A stretch of DNA of 39,329 nucleotides, taken from positions 17,987,484-18,026,812 of the forward strand of contig NC_068987.1 in the NCBI RefSeq assembly GCF_001194135.2. Reading direction: 5' to 3'. A model generated the notes under the pieces. That model made no database searches. It worked only from the letters and a program-made list of their open reading frames with translations, and was not told the DNA's origin. This DNA is from Octopus bimaculoides. Its lineage: Eukaryota. Positions 10,192-22,625 of the stretch are shown here, in pieces; the stretch's first letter is position 1, and each line of letters opens with the position of its first letter. The translations under genes and the position numbers were made by a program.

Positions 10192-10900
10192 TACGAGTAA
10201 TGATGCGTGCATTAACATTTTTTAATAGCTGGTATAGGTCGTTGAAATAGCAAATGTTGGCAAGCTATGCTTTTGAACTGTCCCTAAACCCGACTCTAAT
10301 CCTTTCTGAAAATAATTCAGATGTAGACTGTTGTACCCACTTATTCAGAGCAATTTCCAATGTGATTCGTGTTATCAAATCGTTGTCCCTGAACACTATT
10401 AATCGTTCGATTGAAAACGTCACCATATCTAGGCTGTACGGTGGATGGAGAACCACCGTATTGCTTTTTTACACAGGAAAGAAACTGGCTATTTGAGCCT
10501 ACTTAAACCTCTTAGATCCTCCGGCATTTTTTGTAATCAAACTAGAATATCCTCGTTGATAACAGGTTTGATGCTGTCTGTTTTCTATGATACGTTGTCG
10601 GTCTGTTAGGAACTCTTTTATACTGACATTTTCATGACGGTGGTAATTTAACTTTACAGGTAGTTATTTTAGTTATTTTCTAAATGCACAGGAGACTATC
10701 ATAAGCCAGTTCTCTTTGGAACTCACAACATTCCAACAAGCATTTTCTGCCTCCGATTTAGAAATCAACGCCACTATGATAATAAGCTCGTTACCAATCA
10801 ATCAATTCGAGTTTGCCAGAACATCTCTTTATATCAAAAGCAACGACTCAACAAAGCCACGTAGAGATTCGCCGAAATTGACCATTAAATTCAATATATT
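10192..10900 (-). pseudogene. Fossil mariner (Tc1/mariner DD34D) transposase, catalytic half, with 3' terminus
   Basis: One minus frame reads IGNE (TGDE)...IIENR...QRGYSSLITKNAG (RGVILLHDNA)...VVLHPPYSLD (HPPYSPD), then ...KWVQQSTSELFSERIR...ANICYFND. The element ends at TACGAG (10192-10197), a typical mariner terminus. Several stop codons. Confidence 0.8.
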
Positions 10901-11775
10901 TCCAAAGAGATTTCAATTGTTACACTTCAGACACTTGTTCTACATTCACACTGCTATTTGACGCTATTCACTATGGCATCATTATATATTACATTGTTGT
11001 GCTATTATGATTCTGTTGGCCACATAAAAGCTTTGTGTCGTCTGATGTTATCGTCTGCTTCTTTACAATTGCCGTGTTATGTTAAATTGTAAACAAACTT
11101 ACCGACGACTAACATAGCCGTCTGCTTTGTTGAAGATACATTCCGTACAAACAAATAATTTTTATTTTTTTATTTTTATGGTACATATCAATATATTTTA
11201 GTACGTCATTTGAGAACTGCACATTTTTACAGTCCTGAATATCAGCTATTTAGCATATAGTTTTTCAGCATGCCGCCAGTTTACAGCAAGTAAAACAATT
11301 TGACTGCATGTATCGTACAATGAAAGCATATAGTATTTTGATTATTACCAGCATGTACGTATAATATTTATCAAAAACACACATATTCTCAATCATATAT
11401 TTATACCTGTGTAATGTCAATAGTAATTCTGTTATGTAAATATGTGCGTAACATGATATGTGAAAGACTTAATGTACTAATATTAAATTAATAATTTTAT
11501 GTTTTGACATATATAAAAAAACATGAAAAGAAAATATATTCAAACAAAAATATTTATTTCAATGTAAGTAACAGTGTTACAGGGAAATGTGAATAATATA
11601 GAAAAATAACAATAAAAAGTGACATATTTCAAACATAGAGTAAATCACACAAAATTCTCTCGTCTAATTTTGTATGTTAGTTTTGTTTCACCATTATCAA
11701 GTGTATTATTTGAGCCAATCACCTACAAAAGAGGCAATGGAGTCGTTTAGATAGTAGCGACTCGTCCGTCAAAAG

Positions 11776-12125
11776 CAGTAGTTCTCAGCCATCGTTTACC
11801 TATTAACAACTTTCATTATCATTTTACTCTAGCGGACCCCCATAACCATTCTATGTTTTAAAACTAGTTTTATAAATACTTCTTTCAAAATTCCTATTTT
11901 GTTTGTTATACATTCATTTGTATACGGTCTCTGAGAAAACATGTTTCACTGACTGGAAACATGTTGAATTCTGTAAAGCGTTTGAGAAACAAACGTGTTT
12001 CTTGCAATAAATACGGCTAAAACAAAATTTTGTCTTTGACCACTAAAATATTTCCATTCGCAACATTCCTCAATTTACTGTTTTGAGGACCCAGGGGTCA
12101 TATGGACTCAGGTTTAGAACAACTA
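11776..12125. mobile_element. hAT (Charlie-like) MITE, about 350 bp
   Basis: Left end cagtagttctcagcc; right end ggtttagaacaacta (reverse complement tagttgttctaaacc). Subterminal gcggaccccc and ggggtcatatggactc motifs are typical of cagtggttctcaacc-type MITEs. Confidence 0.6.
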
Positions 12126-12324
12126 ATCTAACGTTTCGTTTGTGACTGGAAGTAATTTCAGCTCAGTTATAATCCAGGTCATACCAGCAAGTGTCGAACA
12201 GCTCTTAATCTCAGACACCCACAAAAACCACCCGTCCGAATAAATTTCAACTGAAGAATTTGAGATTTTATGAATTCTTAAGGACTCAATGACTGTAAAA
12301 CATATATTTTATTTCCTAATAATA

Positions 12325-12540
12325 GTTTCAAATTTTTAGCGCTTAGCCAGCAGGTTTTGGGGGAAGGAGTAAGTTGTATACATTGACTCCAGTACTCAAC
12401 TGGTACTTATTTTATCGACCCTGAAAGGATGAAAGGCAAAGTGAACCTCGCCGGAATTTGAACTCGGCACCTGAAGACGGGCGAAATGCTGCTTAGCATT
12501 TTGCGCGGCGTGCTAACGATTCTCCCAGCTCACCGTCTTA
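12325..12540 (-). mobile_element. SINE family B, full-length
   Basis: ctggtacttattttatcgaccctgaaaggatgaaaggcaaagtgaacctcgccggaatttgaactc...cgtgctaacgattctcccagctcaccgtctta. Confidence 0.92.
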
Positions 12541-12594
12541 TTCTATTTCTTAATAATGAGTTCGTTATTGTATTAGTTGTTACTTTCTTTGTTT

Positions 12595-12780
12595 TAATTT
12601 TCGCCTTGGTCAACACTGATTCTGCTGTCGTGCAATCAGACGTGGCCATCATATTTTAGTGATATTTAGACTATATTCTCTCGTATGTCCATTGCCTCTT
12701 TAGGATGGCAGTACGAGTATGTGTTTTACCGGAGATTTGGTTGTTATTTCTAGAAGATCAAATGACTGCTGAGGCTCTTT
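12595..12780 (-). mobile_element. Interspersed repeat family C (SINE-like), diverged
   Basis: ggagatttggttgttatttctag reverse-complements to ctagaaataacaaccaaatctcc, matching ctggaaataactaccaaatctcc at about 29805. A tail fragment also lies at 12930-13015. Confidence 0.6.
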
Positions 12781-13020
12781 CATTGTCACATGTAAAGTAC
12801 TAAATACGTTCAAGTAGCATAGTCCTTCTGTTTGAATTCCATTTATTACCATTATGTTCGTTATGGTTCAGACGTAGATTAGGCATAATCAAGTCGTGGC
12901 CATATCGCTGGCAAGGCTCTTGTTATTACTTAACCTCCTGTCGCATGTGAATGAGTTGGCTTGTGATCAAAAGCGTTCCAGCTATGACCATCGACCATCC
13001 CATGTTTTTATCCAGGCAGA

Positions 13021-13209
13021 TATGAGGAGATACTGAAAAGTTCCTGGTTTCAAGGGTATTGCGAAAGGCCCTGGCTGGAGAGTTAACCTTCTAAATTCTT
13101 CTACAGGGCTTAGAAAAACTGAGAGGTGAATAAGTTGAATAATATCAATTAACTGATCCTCCTGTATTTTCTTTTACTCAAATCCAGTAACTTTTCAGCA
13201 CTCATCCTC
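13021..13209 (-). mobile_element. Mariner-type MITE, both TIRs present
   Basis: Left end tatgaggagatactgaaaagttcctgg; right end ccagtaacttttcagcactcatcctc (reverse complement gaggatgagtgctgaaaagttactgg). The interior matches 26893-27116 in reverse, with an internal deletion. Confidence 0.85.
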
Positions 13210-13974
13210 TCTCTTATTTGAGAACCCTTTATCGAATGTGTGCTATTTTTTTCTAAACACTATGCTTTAAAATATTAAAAGAGCTCTGGGTGTTATTTGT
13301 AGCATATCAAGCGCGCTTAGAAGTCTACCCGTTGTGTACCATCTCGTCAGCAGTTCACACGACCGCATAAAAGTTATCTCGTAGGCTGTTATTTTTCCTT
13401 TTTATTCTCTAGGCTAAGTCTATATACAACCACATTATTCAACGTATCCATCATTTTTATATTTTTTACCATAAACATGTGTATTTAGGGAAGGATTTGC
13501 ATCCATCGTTGTCTCTGATAAAATCATTATGATGTTCTATAATCGAGTGAAACAACGAGGTTTTTGCATTAACAGATTTTGTGCCTAAGACAAATACATC
13601 ATTATTTATTATATCTTATTCTGGCAAGCTGCCTCGTATTATATATTCCTTTATAACCGTTTCCAACAATACATTGCCAATTGCTTCGCTGGTTCTGTTT
13701 CACTTTTTTGTATTTTCTTGCAACAGTAAATTGGCATGTCTCAAGATGTTATTAGCCAATATTTTATTGCAGTTAACAAAGACAGAAGAAAAAAAACCGA
13801 AAGGCCTAGAAAACGATGTTTTCATAAATTTGACACAACAATATTTAGTTGGTTTGGAAAGGAGCTTTTGAAAGAAGTAGAATTATAGAAATAATATTAA
13901 CGCCCATTTGAAATATTAGCTACATTGATTTCCTTTCTGATATAGTGAAAATGTATCTCATTTCTCCCCAAACA

Positions 13975-14010
13975 CGCGCACAAACACACAGACACAGACA
14001 CACAATTTGC

Positions 14011-14084
<74 letters not shown>

Positions 14085-14086
14085 CA
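13975..14086. repeat. (CA)n followed by (GATA)n
   Basis: Direct reading. Confidence 0.95.
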
Positions 14087-14844
14087 TTGCATTAAACTAA
14101 CAAGTGATACGATATTATTGATCTGTAATGTAACAGAATATACTGTAATAAAATGTTCAATATTTATCAGTTTTAAAGATCCATCATATATTATAAAAGA
14201 AGACAGGGACAGCTTATGATGGTAATGTTTACATAAGCATCATTTAAATGTAATTTCTCATGAAGATAATGAAAGACGATTTGAAAATGAATGAAAATGC
14301 TTGTATATATGTATATATATATATATAAATATATATATATAGACATATATACATNNNNNNNNNNNNNNNNNNNNNNNNNNNNNNNNNNNNNNNNNNNNNN
14401 NNNNNNNNNNNNNNNNNNNNNNNNNNNNNNNNNNNNNNNNNNNNNNNNNNNNNNNNNNNNNNNNNNNNNNNNNNNNNNNNNNNNNNNNNNNNNNNNNNNN
14501 NNNNNNNNNNNNNNNNNNNNNNNNNNNTATATAAAAATAATCACCGGAAAAGAATGACAACAATGATTTCAGAAAGAGAATTTCTAATCAACTGATGTCA
14601 AAAATCTCGTTACGAAGGAGAATGCCATTAGCCAATAAGAAAGAGATTCATAGCCCCTTGAATAACGACGATGTTTAAACATTATTAAAATTTCAATATA
14701 AATCGAACAAGCAAAAACTAATACTCATTTATTCAATGAATCCTTCTAGTTTCCTTCCCAAAATTAAATTATTGTTTATTATCAATTAATGGTTCCTAAG
14801 ATATGTATCGGCGTTAGAAGAAATACATGGGAATATATACCTTT

Positions 14845-15135
14845 TATCTTCCTTTCTTTATTTGTTTCAGTCATTCTGGAGCACTACCTCGGTAGATTTT
14901 AGTCGTTTTCTCTATCTATCTATTTTCCTATCCGCTCTGTTACAGGGACATAAATAAATCAGCAGCGGTTTTCAACCGCTGGAGGGTACAAACACAAGTA
15001 CAAAGACACCAAAACACACGCGTATATATATTTATGTACAACGTGCTTCCACACAGTTTCCATCTACTAAATTCATTCACGTGGCATTGGCCATCCCGGG
15101 TTTACAGTAGAGGACACTTGTTCTAGGGGCAGGAA
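14845..15135 (-). mobile_element. SINE family A, diverged copy
   Basis: tttgtttcagtcattctggagcactacct...cagtttccatctactaaattcattcac...cagtagaggacacttg is colinear with 3024-3400. Confidence 0.75.
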
Positions 15136-15199
15136 ACACTATCGTGGAGTCTGTATTAGTAATCAATTAAAATCCAGAAGCGAGAACCAAGAAAATATT

Positions 15200-15871
15200 T
15201 AATTCCACATATTTACAGTTGTTTCATGATTCACGTTCAGTTACGTATTTCAAAGTTTTATATAGGTCTCACCCCCTATTTTGTATATCCCCTACTCACC
15301 TCCCACATTATCTTTTAAAGTCTTTGTCTAGAAAGTTGTTGTCCAGTTTCTTAAACATTATAGATAAAATAAATCGACCCTGCCTTTTAGAAGCTGAAAC
15401 GAATATTATTACACCCTTCTTTAATCTTCCTACTGCTATAAATGCTCTCCTCCCTTCCTGTCACCGCAATGATTTTCCTATATTAACTACTAAGCTGAGT
15501 AAGCGAATTTATTCTTTTGACTATTATTGGGCAGGGAATCATGAAGTGGTGCAAACTGGTGATTTTTTAAATGTTTTTTTTTTTAATGTATAATCCGTGT
15601 ATATTCACCAGATGGAAGCGGTTTTTCTCGCATGATGTAATATCTCTATTCATGAATGAAAAATACTCGTTGCAAGCAGCTAAAGTGAATGAAACACTGT
15701 CCATCTGTTATTTATGTGTGCGTGTGTATGCGTGTGTGTGCGTATCTATGTATGCGCGCGTGCGTGTGTTTAAGTCGTATGTGAAATGTATACAAAGGAT
15801 ATGCACCTTAAAATAAACCCCAATGATGTAACTGAATGTAAATCATGAAACAGTTGTAACATGTAGAATTA
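15200..15871. mobile_element. Unclassified TIR element / MITE, about 670 bp
   Basis: 15200-15246 (taattccacatatttacagttgtttcatgattcacgttcagttacgt) is the near reverse complement of 15826-15871 (atgtaactgaatgtaaatcatgaaacagttgtaacatgtagaatta). Confidence 0.65.
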
Positions 15872-15914
15872 CACAATAACTACCTCTCATTTCTCAGAGT
15901 TTTTAATGGCTCAT

Positions 15915-16045
15915 ACACACCTACACCACACACACACTCACACATACACACATACACACACACACACGCACTCACACACACACGCACGCGCACACACACA
16001 CACGCACGCACACACACACACACACACGCACGCACACACAAATAC
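15915..16045. repeat. (CA)n/(CACG)n imperfect microsatellite
   Basis: Direct reading. Confidence 0.95.
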
Positions 16046-16479
16046 ATGAGTGTCCTAGTTGTTCGTTCTGTGCTATGGTTTCAAAGTAGCATCCAAGTAA
16101 TTGAACACAGTCCTCGGCGAAATTTTATACTACAGATTAAAACAACACCAGCAGGAATAACTACGATGTGTCCACATCTCTCATACATAGATCCGACATC
16201 GTGGCTACGACTCACTAATAAATGTTGTTAATAGTATAGCCGGGTTCTTCGAAATGATTGTTCTCTGTTTGTTTAACGGAACTCTGAGATAACTCGGTGC
16301 CTGACATTAGAAATTCAGTCGTCATAAAGAACGGTGTACTCAGAAAAGCGTCGATGTAAATCATTATATTCGAAGAAATGAATATATTCTGCTCTATCAT
16401 TTGCAGACATTTTTATCACATTTGTATGTGTTTGCAGGAATATGCGTGAGTGTGGGCGTATCATATAAGTATTACTGCG

Positions 16480-16498
16480 TATTATATACATATATGTG

Positions 16499-16562
<64 letters not shown>

Positions 16563-16680
16563 CATATATATATATGCATACATATATATATTTATGTGTG
16601 CACGACACATAGATATATATATATATATAATGTGTGCACGATATTTATATATATACATACACACACAAACATACATATAC

Positions 16681-16739
<59 letters not shown>

Positions 16740-16825
16740 CATACATTTATATATATGCATACATATACATATATATACAGAAATACGTGCGCACGCACAC
16801 ACACTNNNNNNNNNNNNNNNNNNNN

Positions 16826-16872
<47 letters not shown>

Positions 16873-16895
16873 GCGCACACACACAAACATATATA
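16480..16895. repeat. Compound (TA)n/(TG)n/(CA)n microsatellite spanning a 20-N gap
   Basis: Direct reading. Confidence 0.95.
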
Positions 16896-18446
16896 GCTGG
16901 AAGGAATTTCTGTCCTTTACAGTGAAACTAAAAATGTGTGAATACCAACAAATTTGCGCATTTATTGCTTCGGAATCTTTCAATTGCGACATTGTAGCTG
17001 AAGTCTCTTGAGGCGTTAAACTTGAAATAAAAGGCAGCTATACAGTCATATACTACGACCACATTCAATGATTTGCTGCATTAACAGTTGAAATTACTGT
17101 TTTATTATTTGATGATTTGTTTTGTTTTTTGTTCGATACTATATTCTACGATATATATATATATTTCCCTGGTTGTAAATAAAATGATTGGAATTTTTAT
17201 AAAACAGCAGGTTTAATTATTTTGCTTTCCTTTTTAACAAGCAAATGTGTAGATATATCTTTATGGAAAGGGCGAATCGTAATAAACAAAACTGATCATG
17301 TTCTTTGTAGTCAAAACTTAGTCTACACCTTATTCTTCACATGAAACCTGAAAAAGCAACTTTGGTTTTGTCCTTTTGTCCTTTTACAAATTCTACAATT
17401 CTCAGTCTTTCATATTTTGTATTTTGTATCTCTTGATCCGTTTCTGTCTCTCTTACTCTGTCTCTCTGTTTTTATTTCATAAACACACTTCCTCCATCTC
17501 TCTCCTTCTTTCTCTCATTTTCTCATTATCGTTTTCTCTCTCACACGTATTTATTTCAGACTTTTTGTTTGTTTGTTTTTTTTTTCATTTTCTTTTCAAA
17601 TTAAATAATGTTTTCCACCTTTATTAATCTTTAAATGTCGACGTTGACATCAACTCTGCATTTAGAAGCTCTCAGCAATTTCTAAATATATTTTACCAAT
17701 GGGCAGACGATAAGATCGGCAGTCTTCCGCCATTTGCATTTCAATTTTTATACTCATTGTTAGTTATTCAACATTCAGTACCAAAATAGACATAAATAAA
17801 ATAAATTGTAAACAAAACGTTCTTTGCAAGCGGATTTGCCGGATTTACTTTACATATCGATTATTCACATAAAATTGTGAGAAATAATTTAGTAGTTATG
17901 AGTTTGGTTTTTGTTCTGTGTTTGATGAAATAAAAATTCTCTAATATAATTTGCTTTCAACTAAAAGCTCAGTAACTTTCTGTAGAGGCGGGGATATTGT
18001 CAATTGAATAGATTGCTGTGTTTTACTTCTAATTATTGAAAAGTGTCCAGTATCTATGTTTAATATTCGTAATGCAAGGTCATTACTAAAACATTTAATT
18101 CACAAGTTTTGCAATTGCTTAACTTCGTATAATGTAAAACATGTGGACAAAGGAATGTGGGCTTGTATCACACAGCCAGCACTATTTTGTATCTCCGATT
18201 AAACTCTCAGGTTTCTATTCATTTAAATCTTAATTGGAACTGTTTACACAAGCATGCCAGACACGGCATAATTAACTTGTCTTTCGGTTAGAATGTTTGT
18301 GCTTAAATGTAGTGGGTCTATGCATCGAGAGAACAGCCATAGCACATGGATTGAATGGAGCCCTAAGTACACATTATGACTGTTTAATCAATTCAATTAA
18401 CACAGCAACGAACGTGATACGTATGACTGGGTTTGATTTAATTGAT

Positions 18447-18447
<1 letters not shown>

Positions 18448-18482
<35 letters not shown>

Positions 18483-18596
18483 CGTCATCGTGGGCGTCCT
18501 CATCGTAGTCGTCGTCATCACTGTCTCACTAGCATCATCGTCGTCGTCGTCGTCGTCGTCATCATCATCATCATCATTATCATTATTATCATCGTT
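18448..18596. repeat. (TA)n followed by (GTC)n-(ATC)n-(ATT)n
   Basis: Direct reading. Confidence 0.95.
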
Positions 18597-18624
18597 TTAA
18601 TACCCCGGAATAATACTGTAATTT

Positions 18625-18700
18625 CTTAACCTGAGATGAATGAAAGCGAAGTTGTCCTCGGTGGGGTTTGAACTTTGAGATTCCTTATGCTTCAGCTCAC
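18625..18700 (-). mobile_element. SINE family B fragment
   Basis: gatgaatgaaagcgaagttgtcctcggtggggtttgaact resembles ggatgaaaggcaaagtcaacctcggcggaatttgaact. Confidence 0.6.
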
Positions 18701-18789
18701 TGGCTCTGAAAGTTGTTCGATACTAGAGCGTGTTGCCGAGTTACGGACATGAAGCCGTTGTTTCTGTATTACAACAGCTGTATGCTTAA

Positions 18790-19310
18790 TTTAGTCTATA
18801 TTTTACCTGTTCGTAGAAAATCCTGACAGGTGCAGAAACTGAGTTAGGCTGGAAATATTAAGGTTACATATTTTTATACTCTTCTCTGAGTGGGTGAACA
18901 AATAGATAGGATAGGGTTGCTCGGTGACATAGGTGTCTTTCGAATACTTCCCACTAATGCATCTTTGTCTTATCTTTATCCGTAACTTAAGCACCCATGA
19001 TCTACGTTGCAGCTGACGATTCCTACCCAATGAAGTTACATTCGCAGCATTTGAGATGCACATTTTCCAGCATTGTTACTTTGTCCTTTCAAGGTGTTAG
19101 ATCCTGAGGTAAGTGAAACTCAAGACAATTGGAACCTCTTCCGAGCCAAAGGATGGTTGCTGAAAATCCAGTTTATTGGAAACTGCATTAACGTTCACCA
19201 ATACATCTTTCCTTTTTTTTGCTTTTATTCGTGAAAATTAGCAAGTGTCAGGGCATTTCCTCTAGGCTGGGCCTGAACACTGTATTTCTGGGGCTTATTG
19301 CTGAGATAAT
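18790..19310 (-). mobile_element. Possible highly degenerate RTE-type LINE RT C-terminal remnant
   Basis: Minus translations give AISPRNTVFRP (cf. IS.KKT.V..QP), EEVPIVLSFTYL (F.YLG), ISNAANVTSLGR...LKLRIKI (I.KA...FGRL...L.TK) and YSKDTY (YG.ETW), in the expected order. Similarity is weak. Confidence 0.3.
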
Positions 19311-19628
19311 ATACACCTACACACAATTCTACACGTGCATACGCACATCTTTAAATTACAATATAAATTGTAATTTTCTCTCATAATTTAATTTTAAAAG
19401 AAGTCGTTCATTTTGGTTGTGTTTTTTTTTCTCAGCATCACCTTGTAAAATGCAAAACATTAAATTTTAATGAATATTGTATTAGATTATCAAAATTAAT
19501 TTAGAATTCACTGATTTTGATTTAGTTTATAGAGGGAGAAAATCATTAAAGTTATGATTTTGTTTAGTGTCACCTTCTAATCAGAAAAATATCGAATTTA
19601 AATGAATATTACATCAGTTAGTCGGGGT

Positions 19629-19640
19629 ATGTGTGTGTGT

Positions 19641-19732
<92 letters not shown>
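19629..19732. repeat. (TG)n microsatellite, about 50 units with TGCG interruptions
   Basis: Direct reading. Confidence 0.97.
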
Positions 19733-19737
<5 letters not shown>

Positions 19738-20269
19738 TGTCTAATATTTTTTACATGACTAACGAGAAACGTCTTTTTTTTGGGTTCAGATTGTTCATAT
19801 TATTCTCTGTTCTTTGTCAGTAATTTATTCCATGTTACTGACCTACTCATCATGGTTATTTTAATTAGAGAAGAAAAACGGTTTGGCTTCTCTCTCCATA
19901 TTAAAACCATTAGTGATATTCCCAATTACTGTCATCATTCAGTATTCCAAATACTAATGACAACTGCAAAGCAAGAAATAAAGACAAGTTAAGTTCAGTC
20001 TGTAATGAATATTTTATTCCACGTTAAAACCAAATCACTTTACATTTTCCGATTTCCTACTTAATATGTGTTTTCTCATTTTGTCTTTTGATACTTTTCG
20101 TGGCTTTCTGGATTAATAGGAGGAACGGAGATCGAAGGCCTAGCCCCCAAATGTTTTAAGTCTATTCTGATAAAGTACCGAAGTTTTAAGTCCACCACCA
20201 AACATGTGATGGTGTTTAACCGAGAGACAGATTATGTTTGCCATTCACGAACAGCAACGGGTTCTCGGA

Positions 20270-20425
20270 CGAGATTTCACGCATTTTCTGTCTACTAAAT
20301 TTCACCCGTAAAGATGGGAATGATTCAAAGCTACAATAAAAATACACTTGCACAAAATCCCACGTAGCGAAATTACATTCAAACTCGCGTAGTTGAAATC
20401 TGAATGTTTAAACCACACAGCTTCA
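20270..20425 (-). mobile_element. SINE family A head, strongly diverged
   Basis: ttttctgtctactaaatttcacccgtaaag...gctacaataaaaatacacttgcacaaaatcccacgtag...aaaccacacagc resembles tttccgtctaccaaatccactcacaa...gctatagtagaagacacttgtccaaggttccacgcag...taccacaca. Confidence 0.55.
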
Positions 20426-20669
20426 TAAACGATGGACAGTATTATGCTATCAGCAAGCAAATTGGTAGCTTGATATTAATTCTACTTATTCGTTTGTGGT
20501 CTTTAATTCGTCTGGGGGTCAAAAGTTGTTTGTATTTTTACTTTTGATCAGGATAAATGACGATGTAACAAGAACTAAGGAACACAAAGAACACACTTTA
20601 GACTTCTTGAATTAATTTCCTCGTGCTTCATCAGATCGATAAAAAAAAAGTAACAAATGAATTACTGCG

Positions 20670-20745
20670 TTTCATATGATCGACTTGAGTGGTGGTGTCC
20701 CAGCATGGCCGCAGGCTAATGAATGAAGCCAAGAAGGCCAAATAG
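20670..20745 (+). mobile_element. SINE family A 3'-tail fragment
   Basis: ggtggtgtcccagcatggccgcaggctaatgaatgaagc is the reverse complement of tttcagccattgaagtgcggccatgctagagcacc (24495-24530). Confidence 0.6.
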
Positions 20746-20877
20746 AATAAGATGGAATCGCAACGTAGAGGCTCATTTATTATTGCTGTCGTGATTGTAG
20801 TTCATGGGGATGATGATAATGATGACGTTGTTTTGGTTACTGTTCTTGTTTTTGCTGATGGTGAAAATTTTGACTTT

Positions 20878-21077
20878 GTTATTTAGCCCCAAATCAGCTC
20901 TAATCAGGTTGCAGATTTATGACTAGAGACAATCCATTTATGACCGTCGCACCATCTTTTTCATATACGCGATGATACCGAGGCAACATAATCCAAAGCG
21001 TCGTTTTCTAAGACCGTAGAAGATTCTGGACGATTCGACTGCTACTTAGAGCAGATCGAGCGAACGCTTAGAGGCTA
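20878..21077 (-). mobile_element. Interspersed repeat family C, diverged
   Basis: tttagccccaaatcagctctaatcag is the reverse complement of tgacctggggctaaa-like sequence at 29963-29978; the other end gctacttagagcagatcgagcgaacgcttagaggct matches the family C 5' part. Confidence 0.6.
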
Positions 21078-21149
21078 CTTTATTGAGCCTATTGGGCAGC
21101 TTGTTGTAGCAGATCGTGACAGTACTTAGAATCTCCCTAATTGGCTTGT

Positions 21150-21817
21150 ATAAGCTTTATTATCCATAACATTGGATTGGAATAACTGTTCTGTACAAGA
21201 TAGCAACTACTAAGGAAATGGGTTTTTTACATCGAAATGTCTATATGCATCGCCTGTATGCACTCTCAGAACTCTCAGGAGAAAGTTTCCCTGTGTTATT
21301 TTATAGATATTTCTCCCCACTTCTGTCACGATCCTTCTGACATTATGAAGGACATTCCAATCAAAATCACTCCAAGATATTAAATCCAAAACATCGTCAA
21401 GTTCGTTTGTCGTTAAGAAGATAGGCTGTGATATGAGGTAAAGTCTGTTGAGATTAACAAGTCAAGCTCCCATACAGAAGTTCGCTAGCTGGATCGTCGT
21501 TCAGGGAGCATGCATTTTCAACCTGAATTTTTCCTGTTCGCCTTCAAATAACCAGAATAGAATGTTTCACCTAATGTCAAATGATGGACTCCCAACTTAA
21601 TAATTTTATGTACAAAAAAAGAAATAACACAGGAACAAAAACTGGTCCTCGGGAAACGACTTTGTACGGTTCTGCTTGGTGTGACAACATGCCACCATTA
21701 AGCCTCAAATCCTACTGTTTTCTTTTGATATATTCCAAAGACATTTTTCGAGGAATTCTACAATTCCTCTTTAGTTCAGTTTTCGACTGTTGATTTCTCA
21801 TGGAACGCCTTCAAGAA

Positions 21818-21825
<8 letters not shown>
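21150..21825 (-). mobile_element. Degenerate CR1/L2-group LINE reverse transcriptase fragment
   Basis: Minus strand, with frameshifts: NFLKAFH (DFSKAFD)...RLNGG...VVSRGPVFVPVLFLFLYI (V.SGVPQGSVLGP.LFLIYI)...SILVFEGE (LFADD)...TFRCKKP...LYRTVIPIQCY (F...P..LY...VRP.LEY). Confidence 0.6.
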
Positions 21826-21857
<32 letters not shown>

Positions 21858-21972
21858 TACTTCGTTCTATTCCATTCAGTGTTTGTCCATGCCAGTAAAA
21901 TCAGTGTGCATGTAACCATAGAAATAAATGTTTCACTGAAAGCATATACTTACGCACCCACGCATACACACC

Positions 21973-22003
<31 letters not shown>

Positions 22004-22535
22004 CACGCCACATAAACATGCATACACACACACATACACATATGTATATCAAGAGGACACCGCTTGCGTTATAACCCTGTCTACATGTGTGTGTATATGT
22101 GGTTAAATACATATGTGTGTATGTGTATGTGTATATGAATGCATGTATGTGTGTATGTATGTATGTATGTATATGGGATGGTTTTGTGGGTAGAGTTGTA
22201 TGTGAGTGCAATGATTTAAGACTAGATTTTGAAATGTGAGTATGTATACAACTGTATGTGTAGCTGTTTATACAAACACATATATATGTATGTATATATA
22301 TATATATTGTGTGTGTGTGTGTGTGTGTGTAAAGCTTATATATAAATGTGCGTGTGTATGCATGTATGTATGTACGTAAAAATATACCTATATATATAAA
22401 TATACACGCGCACGTATACATATATATAGATGCATAGATACATGCAGGTATGTAGATAAAGGTGTATATCAGTAGGTGTGTGTATGCGTGTTTGTGTTCG
22501 TATGTTGCTGCAGCTATTGTCTGTGTGTGTGTGTG

Positions 22536-22625
<90 letters not shown>

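Noticed and set aside
11130-11300. Possible left TIR of the fossil mariner (cattccgta, atcgta)
   Set aside because: No convincing reverse-complement match to the 10192 terminus beyond 4-5 bp.
13581-13871. 96-aa ORF and possible acceptor ttttattgcag at about 13772
   Set aside because: No recognisable homology, no good donor, and AT-rich codon content typical of non-coding DNA.
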